Shown piece by piece: positions 54,139 through 64,000 of a stretch of 64,000 nt of DNA; within the stretch, counting starts at the first letter, position 1; the number at the start of each line of letters is the position of its first letter. This stretch comes from an uncultured Candidatus Rokubacteria bacterium. GTDB taxonomy: Bacteria; Methylomirabilota; Methylomirabilia; Rokubacteriales; DASRDR01. A model generated the notes under the pieces. That model ran no database searches. It was not told where the DNA came from and saw only the letters and a program-made list of their open reading frames with translations. The DNA lies in assembly GCA_963826115.1 (NCBI GenBank), contig CAWGVS010000005.1, positions 1,152,001-1,216,000 on the forward strand. Direction: 5' to 3'. The translations under genes and the position numbers were made by a program.

Positions 54139-56565
54139 CTAGGCTCGGATGCGGTCGCCGCGGGGGTCCCAGAGCGGCTCGGCGGCGACCAATCCCTCGA
54201 CCCACTCCCCGAAGAACTCCACCGCGACCGAGGTGCCGGGGCTCGCGAGATCCACCGGCAGGTACGCGTAGGCGATGGACAGCCCCACCGTGTAGCCGAA
54301 GCCGCCGCTCGTCACCCGGCCTACGACGTCGTCCCCGACGCGAACCGGCTCGCCGCCGAGCGCCACCCAGGCCGGGTCGGAGAGCGTCAGGCACGCGAGC
54401 TTGCGGCGCACGCCCTCGGCGCGCTGGCGCGCGAGGACCTCGCGGCCGAGGAAGTCGCCCTTGCCGAGCTTCACCGCGAACCCGAGCCCGGCCTCGTACG
54501 GCGTGTCGTCGGGCGTGATGTCCGCGCTCCAGTAGCGGTAGCCCTTCTCGAGACGGAGCGAGTCGATCGCGCGGTATCCCGCGGCCAGGAGCCCGTGCGG
54601 CCGGCCCGCCTCCCAGAGCGTGTCCCAGAGCTCGAGCCCGTACTCGGTGGGCGCGTAGAGCTCCCATCCGAGCTCGCCCACGTACGTCACCCGCGCGGCA
54701 AGCACCGGCACGCGGCCCACCGCCAGGTCACGGGCCGTCAGGTACGGAAACGCCGCGTTCGAGACGTCGGCGGTGGTCGCCGCAGCCAGGATGTCCCGGG
54801 CCCGCGGGCCCCAGAGGCCGATGCAGCAGTACGCCCCGGTGACGTCGAGCAGGGCCACCGATCCGTCATCAGGAAGGTGCCCCTGGATGAAGCCCCGGTC
54901 GTGGGTGCCGAAGGCCGTGCCCGTCACGATCCGGAACCGGCTCGGCCCGAGCCGCGTCACCGTGAAGTCACACTCGATCCCGCCGCGGGCATTCAGCATC
55001 GACGTGTAGACGATCGACCCGACCGGCCGGTCGACGTCGTTCCCGCAGAGCCGCTGGAGAAGGCGGAGGGCGCCCGGGCCCACGACCTCGAACTTCGAGA
55101 ACGACGTCTCGTCGAAGAGACCGGCGCGCTCGCGCGTGGCCACGTGCTCGGCCTCGATGGCGGGCGACCAGAACCGCCCCGCGAACCCGCGCGGACGCCG
55201 GGCGCCGTCCCCCGCCCCCGCGTTCGGCTCGAACCAGTTGGGCCGCTCCCAGCCCGACTTCTCGCCGAACGCTGCGCCGAGCTCTCGGAGGCGCGGGTAC
55301 GCGGGCGAGAGCCGCAGGCGCCGGCCTTCCTCCCGCTCCTGGTTCGGGTACCGGAGGTCGTAGTAGGTCCGGTAGATCTCGTGGGTCCGGTCGAGGGTGA
55401 GCCGCCGCGAGCGGTACTGCGGACCGAACCGCCGGAGATCCATGTGCCAGACGTCGAGTCCCGGGTCGCCCTCGACGATCCAGTCGGCCATGATCCGGCC
55501 CATGCCGCCGGCGCCGGCGATCCCGTGGGCGCAGAAGCCGCACGCCACGAAGAACCCCCGCACCTCGGGTGCCTCGCCGAGAATGAACTCGCCGTCCGGC
55601 GTGAACGCCTCGGGCCCGTTGATGAGGCGAACGATCTCCGCGCTCCCGATCGCCGGGACCCGGCGCACCGCGCCCTCCATGATCGGGGCGAAGCGCTCCC
55701 AGTCGGGCGGCAGGAGGCGGTGGTTGAAGTCCGCGGGGATCCCGTCGAGCCCCCACGGCGCGGGCTCGCGCTCGTATCCGCCCGCCACCAGCCCCCCGAC
55801 CTCCTCGCGGAAGTACACGAGGTGGTCCGGATCGCGGAGCATCGGAATGGCCGCGTGGACACCGTCGATCGGCTTGGTGACGAGGTACTGGTGCGCCATC
55901 GGCACCAGCGGGATCGTGACGCCCGCCATCCGGCCGATCTCCGGCGCGTACATCCCGCCCGCGTTCACCACGACGTCGGCGCGGACGCTCCCGGCCGTGG
56001 TCTCCACTTCCCGCACGCGGCCGTCCCGCACGGTGATGCCCAGGACGCGCGTGCCGGTGCGGATCGTCACACCGCCTCGCCGCGCCCCCTCGGCCAGCGC
56101 CATGGCGAGGCCGCTCGGGTCGAGGTGCCCGTCCGTCGGGAGGTAGACCGCGCCCAGGACGCCGTCCAGCGCCATGACGGGGAACAGGCGCCGCGCCTCG
56201 GCCGGCCCGACCTCGTGGAGCGGAAGCCCGAAGGTCTTGGCCCACCCCTCCTGGCGCCGGTGCTCGAGGACGCGATCGGGCGTGCACGCGAGCCGGAGGC
56301 TCCCCGTCTCCTTCCAGCCCGGATCCCGCCCGGTCTCGGCGGCGAGGCGCCGGTAGCACTCGACGCTCCACATCATCAGTCGGGTCAGCGCCACCGAGGA
56401 CCGGAGCTGTCCCACGAGGCCGGCGGAGTGGAAGGTGGAGCCGCTCGTCAGCTCCGCCCGCTCGACGAGCACGACGTCGCGCCATCCCTTCGCGGCGAGG
56501 TGGTAGGCGATGCTGGCGCCGCCCACCCCACCGCCGATGACGACCGCTCGAGCGTGCTCGGTCAC
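54139..56565 (-). CDS. Dimethylglycine/sarcosine dehydrogenase-like flavoprotein (DAO plus GcvT domains)
   Basis: IGGGVGG, SGSTFHSAG (covalent-FAD His), NGPEAFTPDG, GWERPNW, TYVGELGWE, SLRLEKGY. Confidence 0.92.
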   Translation of the reverse strand: MTEHARAVVIGGGVGGASIAYHLAAKGWRDVVLVERAELTSGSTFHSAGLVGQLRSSVALTRLMMWSVECYRRLAAETGRDPGWKETGSLRLACTPDRVLEHRRQEGWAKTFGLPLHEVGPAEARRLFPVMALDGVLGAVYLPTDGHLDPSGLAMALAEGARRGGVTIRTGTRVLGITVRDGRVREVETTAGSVRADVVVNAGGMYAPEIGRMAGVTIPLVPMAHQYLVTKPIDGVHAAIPMLRDPDHLVYFREEVGGLVAGGYEREPAPWGLDGIPADFNHRLLPPDWERFAPIMEGAVRRVPAIGSAEIVRLINGPEAFTPDGEFILGEAPEVRGFFVACGFCAHGIAGAGGMGRIMADWIVEGDPGLDVWHMDLRRFGPQYRSRRLTLDRTHEIYRTYYDLRYPNQEREEGRRLRLSPAYPRLRELGAAFGEKSGWERPNWFEPNAGAGDGARRPRGFAGRFWSPAIEAEHVATRERAGLFDETSFSKFEVVGPGALRLLQRLCGNDVDRPVGSIVYTSMLNARGGIECDFTVTRLGPSRFRIVTGTAFGTHDRGFIQGHLPDDGSVALLDVTGAYCCIGLWGPRARDILAAATTADVSNAAFPYLTARDLAVGRVPVLAARVTYVGELGWELYAPTEYGLELWDTLWEAGRPHGLLAAGYRAIDSLRLEKGYRYWSADITPDDTPYEAGLGFAVKLGKGDFLGREVLARQRAEGVRRKLACLTLSDPAWVALGGEPVRVGDDVVGRVTSGGFGYTVGLSIAYAYLPVDLASPGTSVAVEFFGEWVEGLVAAEPLWDPRGDRIRA

Positions 56566-56682
56566 GGCGCAAGATTGTAACAGGGGGGCGGGGCCTTGAC
56601 ACAACCCGCGGCGGCCTGTGAAGGTGATACATCGGCCCGACCTCCGAGCCTTCACGACCCTACGCTGCGCGAGGAGCTTCGC

Positions 56683-58224
56683 ATGGACCACGCCACCACC
56701 AGGTCGTCACAGTCCCCGAAGGTCGCCCGCCGAGACGTCCTGCTCGGCGCGGGCGCCGTCCTGGCCGCCGCCGCCGCGCGGCCCGGCCCCGCGAGCGCCC
56801 AGGCGCGCAAGGGCGAGATCGTCGCCGGGCTCTCCGAGCGCATGCTCACGCTCGACCCAGCGAACCACTACTCGATCTCCGCGACCTCGGTCCTCCGGCA
56901 CATCTACGACCCGCTCATCGAGGTCACGAACGACTCGAAGTTCATCCCGTGTCTCGCCGAGTCGTGGACGCCCGTCAACAACACGACGTGGCGTTTCACG
57001 CTCCGGAAGGGCGTCAAGTTCCACGACGGCACGCCGTTCACCGCGGACAGCGTGATCTACTCCCTGAAGCGGCCGCGGGACAACACGAAGCTGATCAAGT
57101 CGTTCGCCTACCAGGACATCGACGATGTCCGCAAGGACGGCGACTTCACCGTGATCGTGACGACCAAGCGGCCGTTCGGCTCCCTGCCGTCCCACCTCAC
57201 GATGCTCGGGATGCTCCCGCCGGGCGCCGCCGCCAACGAGGAGGCCTTCTTCCAAAAACCGGTCGGCACCGGCCCCTTCAAGTTCGGGGGCTGGACCCAC
57301 GGCGAGCAGATCGTCCTCAACGCGAACGCGGACTACTGGAAGCCGGGAATCCCGAAGGTCGAGAAGGTGACCTTCCGGTTCATCCCCGAGCTCTCGACGC
57401 GCGTCGCCGGGGTCCGGGCCGGCGAGCTCCACGTCATCGACCGCGTGTGGCCGGACAACGTGCCGACACTGCGGTCCTCGCCTGGCGTGCGCGTCCTCGA
57501 CACCCCGGCCATCGAGGCCCAGCGCTGGATCTTCCAGCTCGCCAAGGACCCGGTGAAGGACCCGCGCGTCCGCAAGGCCATCTCGCTCGCGATCGACCGG
57601 AACGTCATCATCAAGGACCTCCTGGTCGGCTTCGCGCGCCCGGTGGATAGCCCCGTTCCGCCGGGCCTCATCGGCTACGCGAGCCTGCCGCCGAAGCCCT
57701 ACGACCCCGAGAAGGCCCGCCAGATCTTGAAGGAGGCGGGGTACAAGAACCTCTCCATCGACTTCGTCCTGATGAAGGACCTCTACCCGAAGCAGCTCGA
57801 GATCGCCCAGGCCGTGGCCGCCATGCTCGGGGACGTCGGGATCACCGTGAACATCAAGAACCTCGAGATTGCCACTGCCCGCGAGTTCCGCAGCTCGGGC
57901 AACTACGACATGTTCTTTTCCGGTTGGGCCCACATGCCCCACGACCCAGACTGGTGGCTGGGCCAATGGTTCACGAAGGTGGGGGCGGAGAAGCTCACCC
58001 GCTACGACAACCCGAAGGTCGAGCAGCTCGTCGCCGAGGGCCGCACACCGGACCCCAAGGTCCGCCAGGCGAAGTACGAGGAAATCGAGAAGACTCTCTG
58101 GGAGGACGAGACGGAGATCTGGCCGTACTACAGCGTGGCGATCTACGCGGTGAGCGACAAGCTCCAGAACTTCCAGGCGCGGCGCGACTACTACGTCCTG
58201 CTGTACGACGTCGGCGTCCGGTAG
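56683..58224 (+). CDS. ABC solute-binding protein family 5, Tat-exported
   Basis: ARRDVLLG Tat motif; LRKGVKFHDG.PFTA, PVGTGPF, VRKAI.LAIDR. Confidence 0.92.
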   Translation: MDHATTRSSQSPKVARRDVLLGAGAVLAAAAARPGPASAQARKGEIVAGLSERMLTLDPANHYSISATSVLRHIYDPLIEVTNDSKFIPCLAESWTPVNNTTWRFTLRKGVKFHDGTPFTADSVIYSLKRPRDNTKLIKSFAYQDIDDVRKDGDFTVIVTTKRPFGSLPSHLTMLGMLPPGAAANEEAFFQKPVGTGPFKFGGWTHGEQIVLNANADYWKPGIPKVEKVTFRFIPELSTRVAGVRAGELHVIDRVWPDNVPTLRSSPGVRVLDTPAIEAQRWIFQLAKDPVKDPRVRKAISLAIDRNVIIKDLLVGFARPVDSPVPPGLIGYASLPPKPYDPEKARQILKEAGYKNLSIDFVLMKDLYPKQLEIAQAVAAMLGDVGITVNIKNLEIATAREFRSSGNYDMFFSGWAHMPHDPDWWLGQWFTKVGAEKLTRYDNPKVEQLVAEGRTPDPKVRQAKYEEIEKTLWEDETEIWPYYSVAIYAVSDKLQNFQARRDYYVLLYDVGVR

Positions 58225-58341
58225 CTCGAGCCTGGCCGTGTTCGCCCGCCGGCCGCTCCCCAGGGACGTCCCGGGGATCCGGCCGGCGGCGACGCGGCCG
58301 GCGGGGCGCCGGCGTCACGTGGCGCCCGCCTCCGCATCGTG

Positions 58342-59262
58342 ATGCAGGCCTATCTCCTCCGCCGGGCCGCCCAGTCCGTCCTCACGCTGGTCGGCATGTC
58401 CGTGCTGGTCTTCCTCATCCTCCGCGTCCTGCCCGGCGATCCCGCGAAGATGCTCTTGCCCGAGGGTGCCCCCCAGTCCGCGGTCGAGGAGCTGAACCGG
58501 CAGCTCGGGCTGAAGGAGCCGCTCCACGTCCAGTACGGGATCTTCCTCCGGAGCGTGTTCCGCGGCGACTTCGGCCAGTCGTTCCAGTACCGGGTGCCCG
58601 CGCTCCAGATCGTCCGGGACCGCCTCCCGGCGACGCTCCAGCTCACCCTGTGCGCCATGGTCCTGACGGTCGCCTCCGGCGTCACCATCGGAATCGTCGC
58701 GGCCGTGCGGCGCGGCAGCCGCTACGATTACGCGGGTACCGTCCTCGCCGTCCTCGGCCAGTCGCTGCCAAACTTCTGGCTCGGGATCATGCTCGTACTC
58801 CTGTTCGGGGTGACCCTCCGGTGGCTCCCGACCTCCGGGTACCAGAACTGGACGTACCTCATCCTCCCCAGCATCACGCTCGCCGCCTACCCAACGGCGC
58901 TGGTTGCCCGGCTCACCCGGTCGAGCATGCTGGAGATCCTGAGCCGCGACTACATCCGGACGGGCCGCGCCAAGGGCCTCGCCGAGCGGGCGGTGATCCT
59001 CCGCCACGCGCTCCGGAACGCCACCATACCCGTCCTCACCGTGATCGGGCTCCAGATCGGTGCGCTTCTGGGCGGCGCGGTCATCACGGAGTCGGTCTTC
59101 GCGTGGCCGGGCATGGGGAAGCTCGTCGTCGACGCCATCTACTTCAGGGACTTCCCGGTCGTGCAGACCGTGCTCATCATCTCGGCCACGATCTTCGTGC
59201 TCATCAACCTCGTGGTCGACGCGCTCTATACCGTCGTCGACCCGCGCATCCGCTATCGCTGA
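58342..59262 (+). CDS. ABC permease (DppB/NikB-like)
   Basis: PGDPA, LPNFWLG, RAKGL, TESVFAWPGMG, DPRIRY. Confidence 0.92.
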   Translation: MQAYLLRRAAQSVLTLVGMSVLVFLILRVLPGDPAKMLLPEGAPQSAVEELNRQLGLKEPLHVQYGIFLRSVFRGDFGQSFQYRVPALQIVRDRLPATLQLTLCAMVLTVASGVTIGIVAAVRRGSRYDYAGTVLAVLGQSLPNFWLGIMLVLLFGVTLRWLPTSGYQNWTYLILPSITLAAYPTALVARLTRSSMLEILSRDYIRTGRAKGLAERAVILRHALRNATIPVLTVIGLQIGALLGGAVITESVFAWPGMGKLVVDAIYFRDFPVVQTVLIISATIFVLINLVVDALYTVVDPRIRYR

Positions 59263-59269
59263 GGGGCCG

Positions 59270-60106
59270 GTGCCCGGCTTGGTGCGACGGTACCCGCTCG
59301 TGCTGGTCGGCGGCGGGATCATGCTCGCCGTCGTCCTGGCCAGCGCGTGCGCTCCGCTCCTGACCGCGTCGGACCCTGTTCGCCCGAGCTTCGGCCAGCG
59401 CCTGAAGGCCCCGTGGGGGCTCGGCGGCACGCCCATGCGGCCCCTCGGCGCCGACAACCTGGGCCGCGACATCTACGCCCGGCTCCTCTACGGCGGACGG
59501 ATCTCCCTGGTCCTCGCGACCAGCGCGGTGCTCCTGGCGACCGCCGTCGGTGTGCTCGTCGGCCTCCTGGCCGGGTACCTCGGGGGGTGGCTCGACGACC
59601 TCGTGATGCGGGTCGCCGACATCCAGCTCACGTTCCCGGTGATCATGCTGGCCATCGCGATCGTCGCCGTCGTCGGGACGAGCCCGATCGCCCTCGTCGG
59701 GGTCCTCGCCCTCTCCGGCTGGGTCCTGCACGCGCGGACCGTGCGCGCCAACGTGCTGAGCCTCCGCCACCTCGAGTACGTGGACGCGGCCCGCGCCCTC
59801 GGCGCGAGCCACAGGCGCATTGTGCTCCGCCACGTCCTCCCCAACACGCTGGCGCCGATCCTCGTCATCGTGTCGAGCCAGTTCGCCACGATGGTGCTGC
59901 TCGAGTCGGGCCTGTCGTTCCTGGGCATGGGCGTCCAGCCGCCGAACCCGTCCTGGGGCGGCATGCTCGCCGAGGGTCGCGACTACCTCTCCAACGCTTG
60001 GTGGCTCGCCACGATGCCGGGGCTCGCGATCTCCATGGTCGTCCTGGGCGCGAACCTCCTGGGCGACGGCCTCCGAGACTTCCTCGACCCCCACCTCCGC
60101 ACGTGA
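59270..60106 (+). CDS. ABC permease (DppC-like)
   Basis: LGADNLGRD, ARALGAS, LSFLGMG..PP..SWG, GDGLRD.LDP. Confidence 0.92.
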   Translation: MPGLVRRYPLVLVGGGIMLAVVLASACAPLLTASDPVRPSFGQRLKAPWGLGGTPMRPLGADNLGRDIYARLLYGGRISLVLATSAVLLATAVGVLVGLLAGYLGGWLDDLVMRVADIQLTFPVIMLAIAIVAVVGTSPIALVGVLALSGWVLHARTVRANVLSLRHLEYVDAARALGASHRRIVLRHVLPNTLAPILVIVSSQFATMVLLESGLSFLGMGVQPPNPSWGGMLAEGRDYLSNAWWLATMPGLAISMVVLGANLLGDGLRDFLDPHLRT

Positions 60107-60122
60107 GCCGCGACTGACTCCC

Positions 60123-62507
60123 GTGTCCGCGAAGGGGTCCTTCTCCCAGCGCGCGTACGGGGCCCTCCTGCTGGCGCTCGGTCTCGTCGCCATCGTCGCG
60201 CCGCTCGGCGCGGGCAGCTGGGCGACCTCCCTTCTCGGGATCGTGGCGATGGTCGCGGGGTCCGCCTCCCTGGTGCGGAGTCTCCGCACGCGGTCCGGCG
60301 CCGCGACGTGGACGACCTATCTGACGGGCGTGCTGCTGATCCTCGGCGGGGTGGTGCTGTTCGCCCAGCCGGTTCTCGTCGTCAGCGGGCTCGTGACCCT
60401 CGTCGCCCTCCTCGTGGGTGCGGACGGGATCACCCGGGTCCTGGGGGCGATCAAGGACCAGACGGGCCAGGCGCGCGTGTGGACCGGGCTCAACGGGATC
60501 GTCAACCTGGGCATCGCGCTTCTGCTCTGGCGGGGCAACGCCTCCGCCAGCGCCGCGGTCCTCGGGCTGGGCCTCGGCGTCTACATGCTGTCGATCGGCT
60601 GGACCGCGCTCCTGGCGCCCGGGGAAGGCGCGGAGGACGTCGACCTCGCCCAGGCCACCAACGAGCATCCCGACTGGCGGCTCGCCCTCCCCGCCGACCC
60701 GGAGTTCGGCCGCCTCCGGGCCGCCGCCATCGAGCAGGAGCGGGTCGCTCTTCCCGTCAACACGTTCTGGATCGTCACGCTGATCGTGGTGTTCTTCGCG
60801 ATCCATGCCGGACGTCTGCAGGCGACCTGGACGTGGCTGGGCCTCATCTCGCCGCTGGTCGCCGTCATCGGGGACCTCTTCTCGGCGCTCCTGGCCGCGG
60901 TGCTGCTGCTCCCGCTCTGGCTCGGCTGGCGGCGGCTGACGCGACCTATCGAGCGGCGCGCGTGGGAGCGGCGGCTGGCGGGTCACGCGGAGGGCGACAC
61001 GCTCGGGTTCGCCGAGCGGGCGGTGAACCACTGGATCGAGGGCCGGCTCCGATGGAGCGTCCGGCTCCGGCTGGCGCGCGGGTCTCTCCGCACGAGCCTC
61101 CAGCAGTGGATGCGGGCGGGGCTGCCGATCGTGGCGGTCATCGTCGCGATCAACCCGATCTGGGGCTTCAGCTGGTACTTCAACACGGAGAACTGGGCCA
61201 GCGGCTTCTGGCAGAAGGCGACCGAGGAGCGCACCGACGCATGGCGCCAGGCCATGATCGCGGCCGTCGAGCGTGCGGTCGAGCCGACCGGGATCGCGCG
61301 CGAGTCGCTGTTCGCGGTGCGGCCCGACGGCGTCGGTGACGCAACCGACTTCAGCTTCCTCGTCCTGGGCGACACCGGCGAGGGCGACCCGTCGCAGGCG
61401 TCCCTCCGCGATCGCTACCTGGACCTCGGCCGCCGGAGCGACGTCCGCTTCCTGGTGATCTCCTCGGACGTCATCTATCCGGACGGCGCCATACGGGACT
61501 ACGAGTTCAACTTCTACCTGCCGTTCAAGGGCTTCGAGAAGCCGATCTACGCGATTCCCGGCAACCACGACTGGTTCAGCGCCCTCGACGGGTTCGCGGC
61601 CAACCTCATGGAGCCGGTGGCCGCACGGGCGGCCATGAACGCGCGCGAGGCGCTCACGGCGCTGGTGGCCACCCCGAACCGGGCCGGGGTGGACAGCGCG
61701 GTGGCCGAGGCGGCCCGGCTGCGGAAGGAGTACGGCGTCCGGACCGCGGAGCAGCGGGCCCCGTTCTTCGAGATCCACGGGCGCGAGTTCTCCCTGATCG
61801 CGGCCGACACCGGCATCCTCCGTCGTCTCGACCCCGTCCAGGCCGGCTGGTTCGAGTCCGCCCTGGAGCGGGCGCGAGGGCGCTTCACCATGGTGATCCT
61901 GGGCCATCCCTTGTTCGCCGGCGGCGCCTATCAGGGCACGGACGACGCGTTCCTCGCCATCCACCAGACCCTCCGGCGGCACCGGGTGCCGCTCGTGATG
62001 GCCGGCGACACCCACGACTTCGAGTACTACCACGAGCGCTACGACAGCCCCGAGGGTCCCCGGACGATGCACCACTTCGTCAACGGCGGCGGGGGCGCGT
62101 ACCTCAGCATCGGCACCGCCCTCGACTGGCCCGCGACCGCGCCGGTCCCGGACTGGGCGTACTACCCGTCCACCGCCGCCGTCCGCGACAAGCTCGACGC
62201 CGAGACCGGCTCCTGGAAGTGGCCCGTGTGGTGGTGGATCAAGCGATTCGGCGCCTGGCCGGCGTCGGTCGAGGCGCTGTCGGGCATGTTCGACTTCAAC
62301 CGGGCGCCCTTCTTCCAGAGCTTCGTCGAGGTCCGCGTCGAGGGCACGGCCCGCCGCGTGCGCCTGATCCTCCACGGAGTGCGGGGCCCGCTCCGCTGGC
62401 GCGACCTCCAGTCGAGCGGCACCGTGGCTCCGGCCGGGGCGAGCCCGGACGACCCGGCCGAGTGGGTGTCTCCCGATGGCGCCACCCTGAGCGGCGCCGG
62501 AGAATGA
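60123..62507 (+). CDS. HdeD/DUF308-like membrane domain fused to a calcineurin-like metallophosphoesterase
   Basis: About six N-terminal TM hairpin helices, then GDTGEG, SDVIYP, PGNHDW, GHP, AGDTH, VNGGGG. Confidence 0.8.
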   Translation: MSAKGSFSQRAYGALLLALGLVAIVAPLGAGSWATSLLGIVAMVAGSASLVRSLRTRSGAATWTTYLTGVLLILGGVVLFAQPVLVVSGLVTLVALLVGADGITRVLGAIKDQTGQARVWTGLNGIVNLGIALLLWRGNASASAAVLGLGLGVYMLSIGWTALLAPGEGAEDVDLAQATNEHPDWRLALPADPEFGRLRAAAIEQERVALPVNTFWIVTLIVVFFAIHAGRLQATWTWLGLISPLVAVIGDLFSALLAAVLLLPLWLGWRRLTRPIERRAWERRLAGHAEGDTLGFAERAVNHWIEGRLRWSVRLRLARGSLRTSLQQWMRAGLPIVAVIVAINPIWGFSWYFNTENWASGFWQKATEERTDAWRQAMIAAVERAVEPTGIARESLFAVRPDGVGDATDFSFLVLGDTGEGDPSQASLRDRYLDLGRRSDVRFLVISSDVIYPDGAIRDYEFNFYLPFKGFEKPIYAIPGNHDWFSALDGFAANLMEPVAARAAMNAREALTALVATPNRAGVDSAVAEAARLRKEYGVRTAEQRAPFFEIHGREFSLIAADTGILRRLDPVQAGWFESALERARGRFTMVILGHPLFAGGAYQGTDDAFLAIHQTLRRHRVPLVMAGDTHDFEYYHERYDSPEGPRTMHHFVNGGGGAYLSIGTALDWPATAPVPDWAYYPSTAAVRDKLDAETGSWKWPVWWWIKRFGAWPASVEALSGMFDFNRAPFFQSFVEVRVEGTARRVRLILHGVRGPLRWRDLQSSGTVAPAGASPDDPAEWVSPDGATLSGAGE

Positions 62508-62625
62508 CGCCGCGACCTGCCCTCGGTGACTTCCTCCGCTCTCGCGATTGGGCGACGCTCGACCGGGTCGCCCGGGCTATCATGAGATCGTCCGCCGCGA
62601 GGGGCGGGCCGTCGCCAGAGGACCC

Positions 62626-63980
62626 GTGCGCACCCTCAAGATCCTGACCATCGTGCTCGTCGGAGCGGCCGCCCTCCTGGCCGTCGGCCTCTTCGCGCTC
62701 GCGCGGTACCTCGAGTCCGACACCTTCCGGCGAGCCGCCATCGGCGCCGCCCAGGAGGCGCTCGGCGCGCCGGTCAGCGTCGGTGAGCTGCACGTCTCGA
62801 TCTTCTCCGGGGCCACGTTCGGGCAGGTCGTCGTGGGCAATCCGGGCGGAGTGCCCGGCGACCTGCTCCGCGCCGAGGGGCTGGCCGTCCGGCCGCGGCT
62901 CCTCCCGCTCCTCCGACGCCGCCTCGAGATCGCCGAGATGCGGCTCGACGCGCCGGCCGTCACGCTGGTGCGGAGCGAGCAGGGCGACTGGAGCTTCGAC
63001 CGCCTGGTGACGCGCCCCGCGGCCCCGGCCGGTCCCGGCGGCGCCGCGGCCAGCGTCGAGGCTCCGACGACGCCGGCTCCCGCCTCCTCCACTGCCCTCG
63101 ACGTGGTCGTGCCGCGTCTCGCCGTCGGCCGGGGCACGCTCGCGGTCACCCGCGAGCGCAGAGGATCGCTCGTTGCCGCCGACGGCATCGAGATCACCAC
63201 GTCCTTGTCGCGCGTCGCGGGGGCGCTTGCCGGCGAGGGTCAGCTCGCCGTCGCGTCACTCCGGGTGGGCGAGCGCGTCGAAGTCCGGTCCCTCACCGCC
63301 CCGCTGAAGTTCGCGGGCGGCGACGTCACGCTCGTCTCGATCCGCGGGCAGCTCGCGGACGGCGCGCTCGAGGGCCAGGCGACCGTGAGCTTGACCGGCC
63401 CGACGCGCTACACGGTCTCGCTCACACTCCGCGACGGCCGCGCGGAAGCGCTCATGACCACGCTCGGCGGACGCAGCGGCTGAGCGGCCGGCTCCAGGGC
63501 GAGGCGACCCTCGCCGGCACGGGCGAGGGCCTGTCCGGGCGGGGGCACGCCGAGATCCGGGACGGCCAGCTCCACGACTTTCCCGTGCTGGGCGCCGTGG
63601 CCGCCGCGCTCGATCTCCCGTTGCTTCGCGATCAGCGGTTCCAGGAAGGCGCCATCGACTTCACGCTCGCGGGCGACGTGCTCGGGACGCCCTCGGTCCG
63701 CTTCGTGTCGGGCGACGTCCGGATCCTCGGCAAGGGGGAGATCTCGCTCCGCACGGGCGAGCTGGCTCACGAGCTCACGCTGCTCGTCCCGCCCGCCGTC
63801 CTTCGGCGCGCCCCGCGCGAGATGCGCACCGCCTTCACCGAGCGCGCCGAGGGCCTGATGGGCGTGGACTTCCGGGTCTGGGGCCCCTACCGGTCTCCGC
63901 GCACGGACCTCCAGGACCGCGTGCTCCGCGGGTTCGCGGAGTCGCTCCTGAAGAAGGGGCTGAAGCAGTTCCTGCGATAG
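62626..63980 (+). pseudogene. AsmA-family protein with one frameshift near 63475; probably a sequencing indel
   Basis: N-terminal TM, LLPLLRRRLEI..MRL.AP; the alternative frame continues RLSGRLQG...GRGHAEIRDGQL into ORF 63585..63980. Confidence 0.75.
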
Positions 63981-64000
63981 CGCGGCGCGGCGGCCGGGCG

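Noticed and set aside
62504-62647. 47-aa ORF overlapping the phosphoesterase stop (ATGA)
   Set aside because: No motif or RBS, overlaps the asmA start, and contains a likely -10 box (TATCAT); insufficient support.
18004-63980. Programmed frameshifting in the aminotransferase, iscS-like and asmA genes
   Set aside because: No slippery heptamers or homopolymer tracts at the shift sites; indel errors are the simpler explanation.

Overview
High-GC (roughly 70%, estimated by eye), gene-dense bacterial chromosome segment with about 55 genes. No rRNA, tRNA, CRISPR array or mobile element was seen. The gene repertoire resembles Candidatus Rokubacteria (Methylomirabilota) or a similar soil lineage; this is inference. 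Main blocks: (1) a c-di-GMP-I riboswitch with a possible sigma54 promoter ahead of an HExxH lipoprotein and a HEAT-repeat gene; (2) nadE, an amidohydrolase, a NodIJ-like ABC exporter and an SDR; (3) a 2251-aa nine-GAF hybrid histidine kinase, a stand-alone receiver and a receiver-class III cyclase; (4) glnA with a sigma54 promoter; (5) a coenzyme F420 cluster (LLM, PPOX, cofG, cofH, HU, GNAT, cofD, fused cofC-cofE), then an acyltransferase, a membrane-anchored creatininase-like enzyme, an Ldh_2 dehydrogenase and an F420-dependent LLM; (6) an atypical TusA/IscS pair, each lacking its canonical catalytic residue; (7) citrate synthase, aconitase and prpF; (8) an Opp-type ABC importer with a MetE-core protein and a Zn dehydrogenase; (9) DUF4242, a STAND cyclase and mpg; (10) a dimethylglycine/sarcosine dehydrogenase-like gene, a second ABC importer, an HdeD-metallophosphoesterase fusion and AsmA. 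Three genes carry frameshifts that look like sequencing indels. Several genes appear leaderless. All calls come from motif recognition by eye, with no database searches.
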